This document shows positions 28,062-39,929 of a DNA stretch of 64,000 nucleotides, piece after piece. The notes below the pieces were generated by a model. It was not told the origin of the DNA, ran no database searches, and saw nothing but the letters and a program-made list of their open reading frames with translations. Origin of the DNA: an uncultured Candidatus Saccharibacteria bacterium (lineage in GTDB: Bacteria; Patescibacteriota; UBA1384; CAILIB01; JAUSJZ01). The position numbers and the translations under genes were made by a program. Within the stretch, counting starts at the first letter, position 1. Each line of letters begins with the position of its first letter. The stretch is from assembly GCA_964421635.1 (NCBI GenBank), contig CAYQWZ010000006.1, positions 165 to 64,164 on the forward strand, in the 5' to 3' direction.

Positions 28062-29333
28062 ATGAAGTTAAAACGAAGGGCTAAAAAAATAATTCCTCTA
28101 AACAGCGGTTTTGTGTTGGGACTATTTGTTTTGCTTTTAGTCTTTTTCAGTGGTTTCGTTACGGCCAGAGTTACAGACGAGTCAGTCAGTGGAGAGCCAA
28201 TCAGTTCCAAGTTGCAGTTTGTCACTGGGCAAGACAGTGGCCGACCACAAGAAGTGAGCTTCGCAAAATTCTGGGAAGCTTGGCAGATAGTTGACAATAA
28301 TTTTTTTGGCGATGCTAATAAAGTTAACCGAGTAGATGGGGCAATTTCAGGAATGCTATTCAGTTTGGGAGATCCTTACACAGTCTATTTACCAAAAGAC
28401 GAAAACGATATTTTTCGAGCTGACTTAACTGGCCAAATTACGGGTATTGGTGCAGAGATAGGTCAAATAAACGGATTGCCTACTATTGTTACTCCGCTTC
28501 CGGGTTCTCCTGCAGAGAAAGCTGGAGCTAAACCAAAAGATATTATTATTAAAGTAGACGAACTAGAGACTCAAACATCGAACTTTGCAGAAGTTATTAA
28601 CAGCATTCGTGGTACTGTTGGCACTACTGTTGCTTTAACAATTATTCGCGAAGGAGAACCGGCTGAAATTGTGTTAAAGATTACTCGCGAAGTAATTAAA
28701 ATTCCTAGCCTTACTTATGAGATAAAAGAGCAAGATGGAGTGCGTTACGGCTTAATTACACTTAGCCAATTTTTAGAAGATACATATAAAGGTGCTAAAG
28801 CAGCCTTGGAAGATTTTCAAAGCAAGGGAGTAGACAAGATAATTGTTGATGTTAGAAATAATCCAGGAGGATTATTAGATGTCTCAATTGATGTGGCCAG
28901 TATTTTTATCGATACGGCAGTCAAACCAGAGTTTAATGAGGCGATAGTAAAACAAAAAGACAGAAATGATAAAGTGCTTTCGTATAAGGCTTCTAAAAAA
29001 TCAATCCTTAATGATGAAAAGGTTATAGTTTTGGTGAATGAAGGTAGTGCTTCAGCAGCAGAGATATTTGCTGGTGCAATATCAGATTATGGTCGAGGAA
29101 GGCTGGTTGGTACTACAACTTTTGGTAAGGGTAGTGTACAGGAGCTAAAAAATCTAGCCGATGGTTCAAGCGTCAAAGTGACAACTGCTAAATGGTTTAC
29201 GCCAAATGACTCTACAATTGACCAAGTAGGTATTAAGCCAGATGTGATAATTGAAGAGCAAGAAGATAATGACTCTGGTGAAGAAAAATCAGACAATGTA
29301 TTAGATGCCGCCATTGAGCTACTTAAAGATTAA
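28062..29333 (+). CDS. S41 carboxyl-terminal protease (CtpA-like)
   Basis: PDZ motif GIGAEI, plus DVRNNPGG, SASAAEI and TFGKGSVQ. Confidence 0.92.
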   Translation: MKLKRRAKKIIPLNSGFVLGLFVLLLVFFSGFVTARVTDESVSGEPISSKLQFVTGQDSGRPQEVSFAKFWEAWQIVDNNFFGDANKVNRVDGAISGMLFSLGDPYTVYLPKDENDIFRADLTGQITGIGAEIGQINGLPTIVTPLPGSPAEKAGAKPKDIIIKVDELETQTSNFAEVINSIRGTVGTTVALTIIREGEPAEIVLKITREVIKIPSLTYEIKEQDGVRYGLITLSQFLEDTYKGAKAALEDFQSKGVDKIIVDVRNNPGGLLDVSIDVASIFIDTAVKPEFNEAIVKQKDRNDKVLSYKASKKSILNDEKVIVLVNEGSASAAEIFAGAISDYGRGRLVGTTTFGKGSVQELKNLADGSSVKVTTAKWFTPNDSTIDQVGIKPDVIIEEQEDNDSGEEKSDNVLDAAIELLKD

Positions 29334-29379
29334 CCTTTCCCTTGCTACAATTAAATAAATAACACCCCGTTTTTTAGTT

Positions 29380-31303
29380 ATGGCTCAAACTCCGCCAAAC
29401 AATCAAAATCAATCAAACACTAGTAATAATACGGGTAATAATCCGAATAGTAATTCGGGCGGATTTATTAATCCGCTAGCTCAGCCTGCACGACAGAAAT
29501 CCTCAACCCCAACCCCAACCCCAACCCCAACCCCAACCCCAACCAGTACCGCCCCCACCTCCGCCCCCACCACCTGTTGCACCGCCTCCTGCAAAACCGG
29601 TTTCGCTGCCACCTATCAAGCCTCCTCCGCCACCTCTAGCCACTAATGTTGAGGCAAAGAGTAAGCCACTGCAAACAGGTCAAATTCTATCTCAAGATAG
29701 CGCTAGAGCTAGCGGAGTTTTCTCTTTGCCAACAGACGACGAAATTATGGCTGAAAAGAGAAGAGAGAAATTAATGAAAAAACCGTCTTTACCAGAGCCT
29801 GAGTCAAAACCGGCTCCATTACCAAAACCAGTCCCACCGCCAGCGCCAAGACCAACTTCGCTACCACCCCCACCACCTTTGTCACCAAGGCCAACCCCAC
29901 CTCCGCCCCCTCCGCCGTCACCAATGCAAAATCTACAACCAGCACCGAGGCCGGTACCAAAACCAGCACCAGTTTTGACGCAACCAAATAGACCTCAGCC
30001 TCCGCTACCGCCAAAAGGTGATATTCCTTTAGTAGAAACCGAACCGCGACCACCTTGGTTTATTCCAGTAATTAGCGTCAGCGCTTTGGTAGTGGTTGGA
30101 ATAATTTTGCTATTTTTACAATCTAGCGGAGTAATTTACGCTAAATTCTTGGCTAGCATGGTAGGTGGAATTCCGCGAAATCCAGAAGCTGCCCTCAATG
30201 TAGTCCGCGACGCCACACTAAACGGCGGTACATACGAATACACAGCTATTGCTACTATTGGGTTTGAGAATAAAATTCCAGATATTGAAGCAGATGAATT
30301 ACCAACTAGTCCGTCAGAGGCTTCAATCAATTTCTCTGGTCAGGCAGATATTGACAAGGTTTATGCTGAGTTCGAAACTAATATCAACTCCCAGTACATT
30401 CCAACCCTCTCTTATTTAGAAGGAGTTTATGCTAAAGACGGCCAAAACATTACAACCTTCTTAGATTTATTTTTATCTGTTAATAATAGTTGGCGGAAGA
30501 TGTCGCAAACAGAATTTAAAAGTTATGTCGTAGCTGCTCCTTTCGTTGGTTTGCAATCCATTAATTTAATTGAAAGTGCAACTGGTTCGGCTGGTGAATT
30601 AATTGGGCAAAGCGAACTACCAGAGAAAGGGGTGAAGACGGTTGTTTATAAATATCCTTTAGAAAATTTTATAGAGCCTACCGACGCCAGTATTAAAGAT
30701 TCGCAGCTGGCTTTTTGGGTAAATAAGAGAAGCGGATTAATTGAGGTTTACCAGCTAGACACTTTAATCGAAACAGATGTTGGAACAATTTTATTAAGTT
30801 TGCAGGTGACTCCAGAGAAATATGGAGAGGTAGAAGTTGAGACAGCTTCTGGGTCATCTGGAGCAGTCAGTGGTACCCTGTCTGATTATTATTCAGATTT
30901 TGGTTATGGATTACCAGTTGATCCAACAGAACCAGAGCCAATAGGTCCAACAGAACCTGAACCAATTGAACCTACACTGCCAACAGATTCCGCTGCAACT
31001 CGCGATAAGCAACGAACGACAGATTTAAATAAAATAAAAACCGTACTTGAGGAATACAAAGAATCAAAAGGTACCTATCCTATTTCGAAAGCTGTCGATA
31101 GAACGAATGCCAGCACCGTACTTAAGGGAGCAATTGTGCCAAGCTATCTTTCAAGTTTGCCAGTTGACCCTCTTGAAGATAAGTACTGGTACGGCTATAC
31201 TTCAGATGGATACTCCTTTACTCTAACTTCAATTTTAGAAGATACAGATTCGTCAGGATTACAAGGAGACAATGTTAAATATCAAGAAATTACAAATAAA
31301 TAA
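29380..31303 (+). CDS. Proline-rich membrane protein with a C-terminal pilin/GspG-like domain; frameshifted near 29497
   Basis: ORF 29380 and ORF 29726 join through a +1 shift into PQPQ...PPP. A TM segment follows, then RDKQRTTDLNKIK..LEEY...YP...LPVDP. Confidence 0.65.
29504..29545 (+). repeat. Hexamer microsatellite (CAACCC)6 + CAACCA
   Basis: Read directly from the sequence; encodes QP repeats in the downstream frame. Confidence 0.9.
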
Positions 31304-31312
31304 TATATAAAT

Positions 31313-31867
31313 ATGCCAACAGCAATTATCATCATTTTAGTCGTACTGCTTGTTTGGGTAGTCGGTGCCTATAATGCACTAATCAAACTAAGAGTTCGTT
31401 CAGAAGAAGCATGGAGTGATATCGATGTCCAATTAAAACGCCGCTACGATTTAATTCCTAACTTAATCGAAACTGTTAAAGGATACGCCAAACACGAGAA
31501 AAAAGTTTTCATAGATGTTACGAAGGCTCGAACAGCTGCCATGGGTGCTAAGAGCACTAAGTCACAGCAAGAAGCTGAGAATATGCTTACATCTGCATTG
31601 AAATCTGTTTTTGCTGTCGCTGAGAACTATCCTAAATTAGAAGCTTCTGCCAACTTCTCCAAATTACAAGAAGAGCTTTCAGACACAGAGAATAAAATTG
31701 AAGCTAGTCGCCGTTTCTACAACGCCAATGTACGAGATTTGAATACCAGAATTGAAGTCTTTCCAAGCAATATCATTGCCAGTATGTTCAAGTTTGTGAA
31801 GAAAGAACTGTTCGAAATTGAAGAGGTAACTCAAAGAGAAGCACCAAAAGTAAAATTTGACGAGTGA
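31313..31867 (+). CDS. lemA: LemA family protein
   Basis: [24 protein letters not shown] and RRFYN. Confidence 0.95.
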   Translation: MPTAIIIILVVLLVWVVGAYNALIKLRVRSEEAWSDIDVQLKRRYDLIPNLIETVKGYAKHEKKVFIDVTKARTAAMGAKSTKSQQEAENMLTSALKSVFAVAENYPKLEASANFSKLQEELSDTENKIEASRRFYNANVRDLNTRIEVFPSNIIASMFKFVKKELFEIEEVTQREAPKVKFDE

Positions 31868-32229
31868 AAACTATATTAGTCGTTGAAGACGAAAAAACGC
31901 TGAGCGATATTATTTCGGAGAAGCTGCGAGAAGAAGGATATGCAGCCGAGAATGCTTACGACGGAGAAGAGGCAGTAGCTTTTTTTAAGAATAAAAAGAA
32001 AGCAGATTTAATTTTGCTCGATATTTTACTACCTAAAAAAGACGGATTCACAGTATTACAAGAGATTAATGATATGGGTGTGAGAGTACCGGTTATTGTT
32101 TTTTCTAATTTCTTACACGATGAAGAAGAAGATAAGGCTCGCGAGCTGGGAGCCAAAGATTTCTTAGTTAAAGCTGCTTTTTCAACTGCCGAAGTGATCA
32201 CCAAAATCAAAGAAGTTTTAGGTGATTAA
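31864..32229 (+). CDS. Single-domain response regulator (receiver only)
   Basis: VVEDE, LLDILLP and FLVK. Confidence 0.88.
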   Translation: MKTILVVEDEKTLSDIISEKLREEGYAAENAYDGEEAVAFFKNKKKADLILLDILLPKKDGFTVLQEINDMGVRVPVIVFSNFLHDEEEDKARELGAKDFLVKAAFSTAEVITKIKEVLGD

Positions 32230-33137
32230 TGACTCTCTACAATAATATTGGTCGTAATAAAGTTAACTCCTTCATACTGCTGATGGTTTTTTTGGTAGTA
32301 GTAATTTCTGTTGGTTTCGCAGTTGGCCAGCTTTATGACATTTATTGGCTTTTACCTTTTGTTGTTGTGGTGTCTGCGATTCAAGCTTATGCCTCGTACT
32401 ATTATTCAGATAAAATTGCTTTGGCCGTTTCACGGGCTTATCCTTTAAAAAAGTCGGAAAATAAAACGGTGCATAATTTAGTGGAAAATATCGCTATAGC
32501 GGCCGGTCTTCCGAAACCCAAAATCTATATGATAAAAGACTCTGCTCCTAACGCTTTCGCGACCGGCCGCGACCCTGAACATGCGGCGCTAGCTGTTACC
32601 ACAGGTTTAATAGAGAAGCTTAACCGTTCTGAATTGGAAGGAGTGTTAGCGCATGAAATGGCGCATATTGGTAACTATGATATTAGATTTATGAGTATGG
32701 TGGTGGTGTTAGTAGGAATTATCACAATGATTTCAGATTTTGCTATTCGAATGTCATTTTACCGATCTGGTTCGCGTCGTTCAGACAACGGTCAAGTCGG
32801 GGCTATAATTATGATTATCGGTGTAATTCTTATTGTATTGTCACCAATAATTGCTACGCTTTTGCAGTTGGCAGTTTCTCGCAAGCGCGAATTTCTAGCT
32901 GATTCTACGGGTGCCCTAATTACTCGCTATCCGCAAGGATTAGCCTCAGCTTTGAAAAAAATCTCCGACGATTCGGAACCGCTCGAAGTGGCCAACAAAG
33001 CAACGGCTCATTTGTATATCTCCAATCCTATTAAAGAAAAAGGTAAAAAGATGTCTTTTTTGGCTAGAATGTTCTCTACACATCCGCCGGTAGAAGATCG
33101 TATTGCGGCTTTGTTAAAAGGCGCCGGCGAACATTAA
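32229..33137 (+). CDS. htpX: Zinc metalloprotease HtpX (M48)
   Basis: PNAFATG, LAHEMAH, SRKREFLAD and STHPP. Confidence 0.93.
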   Translation: MTLYNNIGRNKVNSFILLMVFLVVVISVGFAVGQLYDIYWLLPFVVVVSAIQAYASYYYSDKIALAVSRAYPLKKSENKTVHNLVENIAIAAGLPKPKIYMIKDSAPNAFATGRDPEHAALAVTTGLIEKLNRSELEGVLAHEMAHIGNYDIRFMSMVVVLVGIITMISDFAIRMSFYRSGSRRSDNGQVGAIIMIIGVILIVLSPIIATLLQLAVSRKREFLADSTGALITRYPQGLASALKKISDDSEPLEVANKATAHLYISNPIKEKGKKMSFLARMFSTHPPVEDRIAALLKGAGEH

Positions 33138-33165
33138 GGTATTTGACAGTCTTAATATAAAAGCA

Positions 33166-33208
33166 AAAACCCGGCACAAAACTACATAAATAGTATAGAA
33201 GTACCGGG
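33166..33208 (-). terminator. Terminator of the minus-strand orphan gene
   Basis: On the minus strand, a cccggtac...gtgccggg stem followed by a U-run. Confidence 0.6.
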
Positions 33209-33628
33209 CTAGAGATTATCCAAGTCGTCAATCTCAACTAGAAAGTCTACCAACATCATATCGGTCTCACAGTCAACTTTTCTTATTCGATGGTTCCCAA
33301 CCATATCACGAATCTCGTCATACATGTATCCTTCTCTTGGGTCAATCTGCATAATACGAATGATTTCTACCTCTGGATTATCTGGATCAGGAACCCGTAC
33401 GACATTTTCCGGATCAATCGAAACCATCTTAGAGAGATCATCTAGGTCGTGATCTTGCCAAAGAAAAATAGAAGCTAGCATTCTAGCTAGTTTTGGATTA
33501 TTGTGGGGATTTAATTCCCAAGCCTTTTCTTGTCCGATTCTATCAATGCCTATTAATTCAGCTTGTTCTGGGCAAGGTTCTGGCCTCTCTGTTTTTGGTT
33601 CACTAGCTGGTTCGATTTCGGTTTGCAT
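33209..33628 (-). CDS. Orphan acidic hypothetical protein
   Basis: 139 aa with SD AAAGGA and its own terminator. Confidence 0.6.
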   Translation of the reverse strand: MQTEIEPASEPKTERPEPCPEQAELIGIDRIGQEKAWELNPHNNPKLARMLASIFLWQDHDLDDLSKMVSIDPENVVRVPDPDNPEVEIIRIMQIDPREGYMYDEIRDMVGNHRIRKVDCETDMMLVDFLVEIDDLDNL

Positions 33629-33671
33629 GGTTGATCCTTTCTTTTTTGGGCGCTGACTAACGCCTTATTAA

Positions 33672-35756
<2,085 letters not shown>

Positions 35757-35757
35757 G

Positions 35758-37296
35758 ATGAAGAATAAAGTTATACTGCTTATTTTAGATGGTTTTGGAT
35801 TGAATCCAGAATCTTTTGGTAATGCAATATTAGAGGCTAAAACTCCTTATTTTGATGAGCTTTTAAAGAATTATCCGGCGGTCAGCTTAGAGGCGTCTGG
35901 TCAAGCCGTTGGGTTACTAGCTGAATCTCCGGGAAATTCACAGGCGGGGCACCTAGCGTTAGGTACTGGTCAGGCGCTACCTTCTGTTATTACACAAGCA
36001 GAGCGAGATATTAATAACGGATCCTTCTTTGATAATGAAAAATTAAAAGAAGCTTTTGCGGTTGCCAAAAAACGCTCTAGCAAAGTTCACCTAGTAGGAA
36101 TTTTAAGTGATGTTCCCGTCCACGCTTCAGAAGAAGTGTTATTTGCACTAATAGAGATGGCTGGTCGCGAGCGAGCGCAAACAAAACTGTATTTGCATTT
36201 GTTTCTAGATGGCCGTGATACTTCTGAGCGTAGTGGTCAAAAATTAATTGAGCGTCTTTATTTGCAAATTAGAAATAAAGGATTCGGCTCAATTGCTACA
36301 ATTATTGGTCGTTACTTCGCTATGGATCGTGACGGCCACTGGGATAGAGTCGAAAAGGCTTGGCAGTTAATTACTCAAAACAAAGGGCAAAGTGTGAAGT
36401 CGCCCTTAGAAGGAATCGTGGACTCTTATGGCCGCGGGCTGACAGACGAGAACTTAGAGCCTTTAGTCGCAGACCCCAATGGTAAAATTGAAAAAGGCGA
36501 TGTAGTAATTTTATTTAATTCACGAGCTGACCGAATGCGACAGCTAACTCAAAAATTTGCTAGTAGTAAAATTGAAGATTTATTTATAGTAGCTTTTACG
36601 CAGTATTATAATCCTTTTCCTTTTGGTGTTATCTACCAGCAAACGCGAATTGAGCCAAACTTAGTATCCTACCTAAATGAACAGGGTAAAAAAGTCTGTA
36701 AAATTTCAGAGACGGAGCGGTACGCCCATATGACATACTTTTTTAACGGCGGGGTGGAAGAGCCATATAAGAATGAAGATCGCTCGTTTGAGCCGGCTGT
36801 ACGACAGGTTGATGTGGCTCGGCATCCACTGATGGCCATAAAACCTTTGACTAAAAGGGTTATCCGCATTATTAATATGCACAAGTATGATTTAATCATA
36901 GTCAATATTCCCAACGCAGATTCACTCGGACACACAGGCAATTTAGAAGCGGCGGTCAAAGCGGTTGAAGCGATAGATAAAAGTTTAGCCCAAATAATTA
37001 GGGCTGCTAGCAGTGAATACAGTGTGTTAATTACTGCCGATCACGGTAACTGTGAATATATGAAAGATAAAAAAAACCAAGATGTGCGCAAGGAGGATAC
37101 TTCAAGTCCGGTGCCGTTTATTGTTGTTGATGAAGGTTTAAAAGGTAAGGGTGGCAACACTTATGAAGAGTTAGCCTCAATGCCGCCGACTGCTGTTTTA
37201 ACAGATGTTGCTCCGACGATTATTTCAATATTACAGGTGCCTCAAAATGCTCAGATGAACGGAGTTGATATAATCAAAGAAGCTATCATTACTTGA
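35758..37296 (+). CDS. gpmI: 2,3-BPG-independent phosphoglycerate mutase
   Basis: ILDGFG, GNS, DGRD, GRYFAMDRD, RADR, D..GH and TADHGN. Confidence 0.9.
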   Translation: MKNKVILLILDGFGLNPESFGNAILEAKTPYFDELLKNYPAVSLEASGQAVGLLAESPGNSQAGHLALGTGQALPSVITQAERDINNGSFFDNEKLKEAFAVAKKRSSKVHLVGILSDVPVHASEEVLFALIEMAGRERAQTKLYLHLFLDGRDTSERSGQKLIERLYLQIRNKGFGSIATIIGRYFAMDRDGHWDRVEKAWQLITQNKGQSVKSPLEGIVDSYGRGLTDENLEPLVADPNGKIEKGDVVILFNSRADRMRQLTQKFASSKIEDLFIVAFTQYYNPFPFGVIYQQTRIEPNLVSYLNEQGKKVCKISETERYAHMTYFFNGGVEEPYKNEDRSFEPAVRQVDVARHPLMAIKPLTKRVIRIINMHKYDLIIVNIPNADSLGHTGNLEAAVKAVEAIDKSLAQIIRAASSEYSVLITADHGNCEYMKDKKNQDVRKEDTSSPVPFIVVDEGLKGKGGNTYEELASMPPTAVLTDVAPTIISILQVPQNAQMNGVDIIKEAIIT

Positions 37297-37330
37297 TGAA
37301 TAAGATTAGCTTTGTTAGACTGCTTTTGTT

Positions 37331-37627
37331 ATGAAAGACGGTTCTAAATTATCTAAAAAAGATGTTGAGCATGTAGCCGAACTGGCGCGGCTTGAATTGA
37401 GTGAGGCTGAAATTAGTCAGTTCACAACTGAGCTGAGTAGTGTTTTAGATATGGCCGATTCTCTCAATAATGTTGATACCTCAAAGCTAGAAGAGACAGC
37501 CCATGTGACAGGATTATCAAATGTCACTCGTAAAGATAAAAAAGAGAAACAGCTAACTAATAAAGAAGCGCTGGCTAATGCTCCAGTCAAGGACGGCCGA
37601 TTCTTTAGGGTACCAAAAGTGCTATGA
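37331..37627 (+). CDS. gatC: Asp/Glu-tRNA amidotransferase subunit C
   Basis: VEHVAELARL...FFRVPKVL. Confidence 0.93.
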   Translation: MKDGSKLSKKDVEHVAELARLELSEAEISQFTTELSSVLDMADSLNNVDTSKLEETAHVTGLSNVTRKDKKEKQLTNKEALANAPVKDGRFFRVPKVL

Positions 37628-39102
37628 GTACATTAGCTAAATTGACTGTTGTTGAAGCTTCAAACCTATTGCAAAAAGGCGAAGTTAAGGCGGTTGATTT
37701 GGTGAAAGATTGTTTAGTTAATATAAAAAAGAATAAAGATTTAAACGCTTTTATTACTGTAGCTGAGAAAGAGGCGCTAGCGGCAGCTAAAGCTTCAGAC
37801 AAGCGCCGAGCGGACAAAAAAGAATTATCAAATATCGATGGAATTCCTTATGCTATTAAAGATTCCTTTTGTACTAAAAATGTTTTGACCACGGCGGGCA
37901 GTAAAATTTTAGACGACTTTGTCCCGCCGTATGATGCAGAAGTAGTAGCCAAACTAAATAAGGCTGGTGCTATTATGCTTGGCAAGACAATTTTGGATCA
38001 GTTTGGTCACGGTAGTAGCACGGAGAACTGTCATTTTGGACCAGCTAAAAATCCTTATGATGTTCAGCGAGTTCCCGGTGGTTCGTCAGGTGGTTCAGCG
38101 GTAGCCGTGGCAGCCGATTTATGTATCTTCGCAATTGGTGAAGATACGGGTGGGTCAATCCGTCAACCGGCATCTTTTACCAATATAACTGGTCTAAAAG
38201 TGACTTACGGGCGAGTCTCGCGTTACGGCAGCATCGCTTACGCTTCTTCCCTTGATACAGTTGGGCCGATGACAAAAACGGTAGCCGACGCAGCCATTAT
38301 ATTGGAGCACATTGCAGGAGTTGATGCTAAAGATGCTACTTCGGGCAAAACTAAAGTTGATAAATATAGCCAAGAAATTTTAAAAGCAAATAAAGATATC
38401 ACTATAGGATTACCCAAAGAGATGTTTGCTAAGGGCGTAGAGCCAGAAGTGAAAGAAGTAGTTTTAGCGGCGGTAGAAAAGCTAAAAAAAGAAGGTTTCA
38501 ACTTCAAAGATATTTCAGTTCCGGTACTTGAGCATTCGCTAGCTTGCTATTATATAATTGCTTGGGCGGAAGCTAGCTCAAACTTAGCTCGCTACGATGG
38601 TATCCATTATGGACATTCCAGTTTGAAGCAGAATGAAAAAGCTCATACTTTGTATGAAGTTTATGCTAAATCTAGAGCAGCCGGATTTTCTACAGAAACA
38701 AAACGACGAATAATGCTTGGCACTTATGTTCTGTCGGCTGGCTACTTTGATGCCTACTATAAAAAAGCATTAAAAGTTCGTACTGCCATTGTCAACGGAT
38801 TCAATAAAGCATTTGAAAATGTAGATGTTATTTTAGCTCCAGTGTCGCCTATACTGCCATTTAAGTTTGGTGCCAAGTCAGATCCATTATCAATGTACTT
38901 GGCAGATATTTTAACAACTCCAATTAATCCGGCGGGAGTGCCTTCGTTAGCTTTGCCGGCGGGCTTTGTTAAGAAAGATAATATAGATTTACCAGTTGGC
39001 ATGCAGATAATTGGTTCGCAGTTTAGTGAATCTAAAATTATGAATTTAGGATATTTCTGGCAAAGTATAGATGAAACGCATAAAATAAAACCAAAATTAT
39101 GA
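37624..39102 (+). CDS. gatA: Asp/Glu-tRNA amidotransferase subunit A
   Basis: Amidase signature PGGSSGGSA, plus DTGGSIRQPA, SSNLARYDG and RRIMLGT. Confidence 0.96.
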   Translation: MSTLAKLTVVEASNLLQKGEVKAVDLVKDCLVNIKKNKDLNAFITVAEKEALAAAKASDKRRADKKELSNIDGIPYAIKDSFCTKNVLTTAGSKILDDFVPPYDAEVVAKLNKAGAIMLGKTILDQFGHGSSTENCHFGPAKNPYDVQRVPGGSSGGSAVAVAADLCIFAIGEDTGGSIRQPASFTNITGLKVTYGRVSRYGSIAYASSLDTVGPMTKTVADAAIILEHIAGVDAKDATSGKTKVDKYSQEILKANKDITIGLPKEMFAKGVEPEVKEVVLAAVEKLKKEGFNFKDISVPVLEHSLACYYIIAWAEASSNLARYDGIHYGHSSLKQNEKAHTLYEVYAKSRAAGFSTETKRRIMLGTYVLSAGYFDAYYKKALKVRTAIVNGFNKAFENVDVILAPVSPILPFKFGAKSDPLSMYLADILTTPINPAGVPSLALPAGFVKKDNIDLPVGMQIIGSQFSESKIMNLGYFWQSIDETHKIKPKL

Positions 39103-39929
39103 ATCCTCGACAAGAAAGTAAAGTGTTAACAGGAACAGCGGCGGTAGTTATTATCTTTGCTTTTGCACTAGTGGCAGTAATTGGCATAATTGTATCAAAG
39201 TCGACTAGCTATCAAGGGGCAAAAGAAGTTTCAGCCGATGACGATTTAGCGGTTGAGGTAAAAGAAACAATTGATAAATCAGATTTCAAAATAGCTGATT
39301 TCGCTTTAATTGATACTTCAAAAGGTCGCATTATAGTTGAGCTTTATTCAGATAATGCACCAAAAACCGTAACTAATTTTGTGACGCTGGCTAACCGAGG
39401 ATACTACGACAATTTGATTTTTCATCGAGTAGTGAAAAATTTTGTAATTCAAGGTGGTGATCCTTTAGGTAATGGCAGTGGAGGAGAATCAATTTATGGA
39501 GAGCCTTTTGAAGATGAAATCAACGCTGAGAGCTTGGAGCTAACGGCAGAAATGATTGCTATGTACGAAGATCTATATAAATTCAAATATCGCACAGACA
39601 TCACTACAAAAAAGATTGAGAAAGGAACGCTGGCTATGGCTAATCAAGGAATTGCCAAAACGAATACTTCACAGTTCTTTATAGTGACAGGTGATATTGA
39701 TGGCATGTTAGACGGTAAACACACTCCTTTTGGCCGAGTAGTAGAAGGCTCAGATGTAGTGAATAGCATTAACGAACTTGAAGTTGATGGCCGCACCGAG
39801 AGACCAGTTGAGCTTATTACCATTAGTCGAATAATCACGGGTAATTCTATAGATGAGATAAAAAGTCTTGCCGACCCTGAACCACAAGATGAGCAAGAAG
39901 AGAGTAATGGTGAGCAAACAGATGAGTAA
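39099..39929 (+). CDS. Membrane-anchored cyclophilin-type PPIase
   Basis: APKTVTNF, FHRVV.NFVIQGGDP, LAMAN, SQFFI and HTPFGRV. Confidence 0.92.
   Translation: MNPRQESKVLTGTAAVVIIFAFALVAVIGIIVSKSTSYQGAKEVSADDDLAVEVKETIDKSDFKIADFALIDTSKGRIIVELYSDNAPKTVTNFVTLANRGYYDNLIFHRVVKNFVIQGGDPLGNGSGGESIYGEPFEDEINAESLELTAEMIAMYEDLYKFKYRTDITTKKIEKGTLAMANQGIAKTNTSQFFIVTGDIDGMLDGKHTPFGRVVEGSDVVNSINELEVDGRTERPVELITISRIITGNSIDEIKSLADPEPQDEQEESNGEQTDE

Noticed and set aside
29504-29545. CRISPR array or phase-variation switch
   Set aside because: It is a simple hexamer repeat with no spacers, and unit changes keep the frame. No repeat-spacer array or cas gene was seen anywhere in the window.
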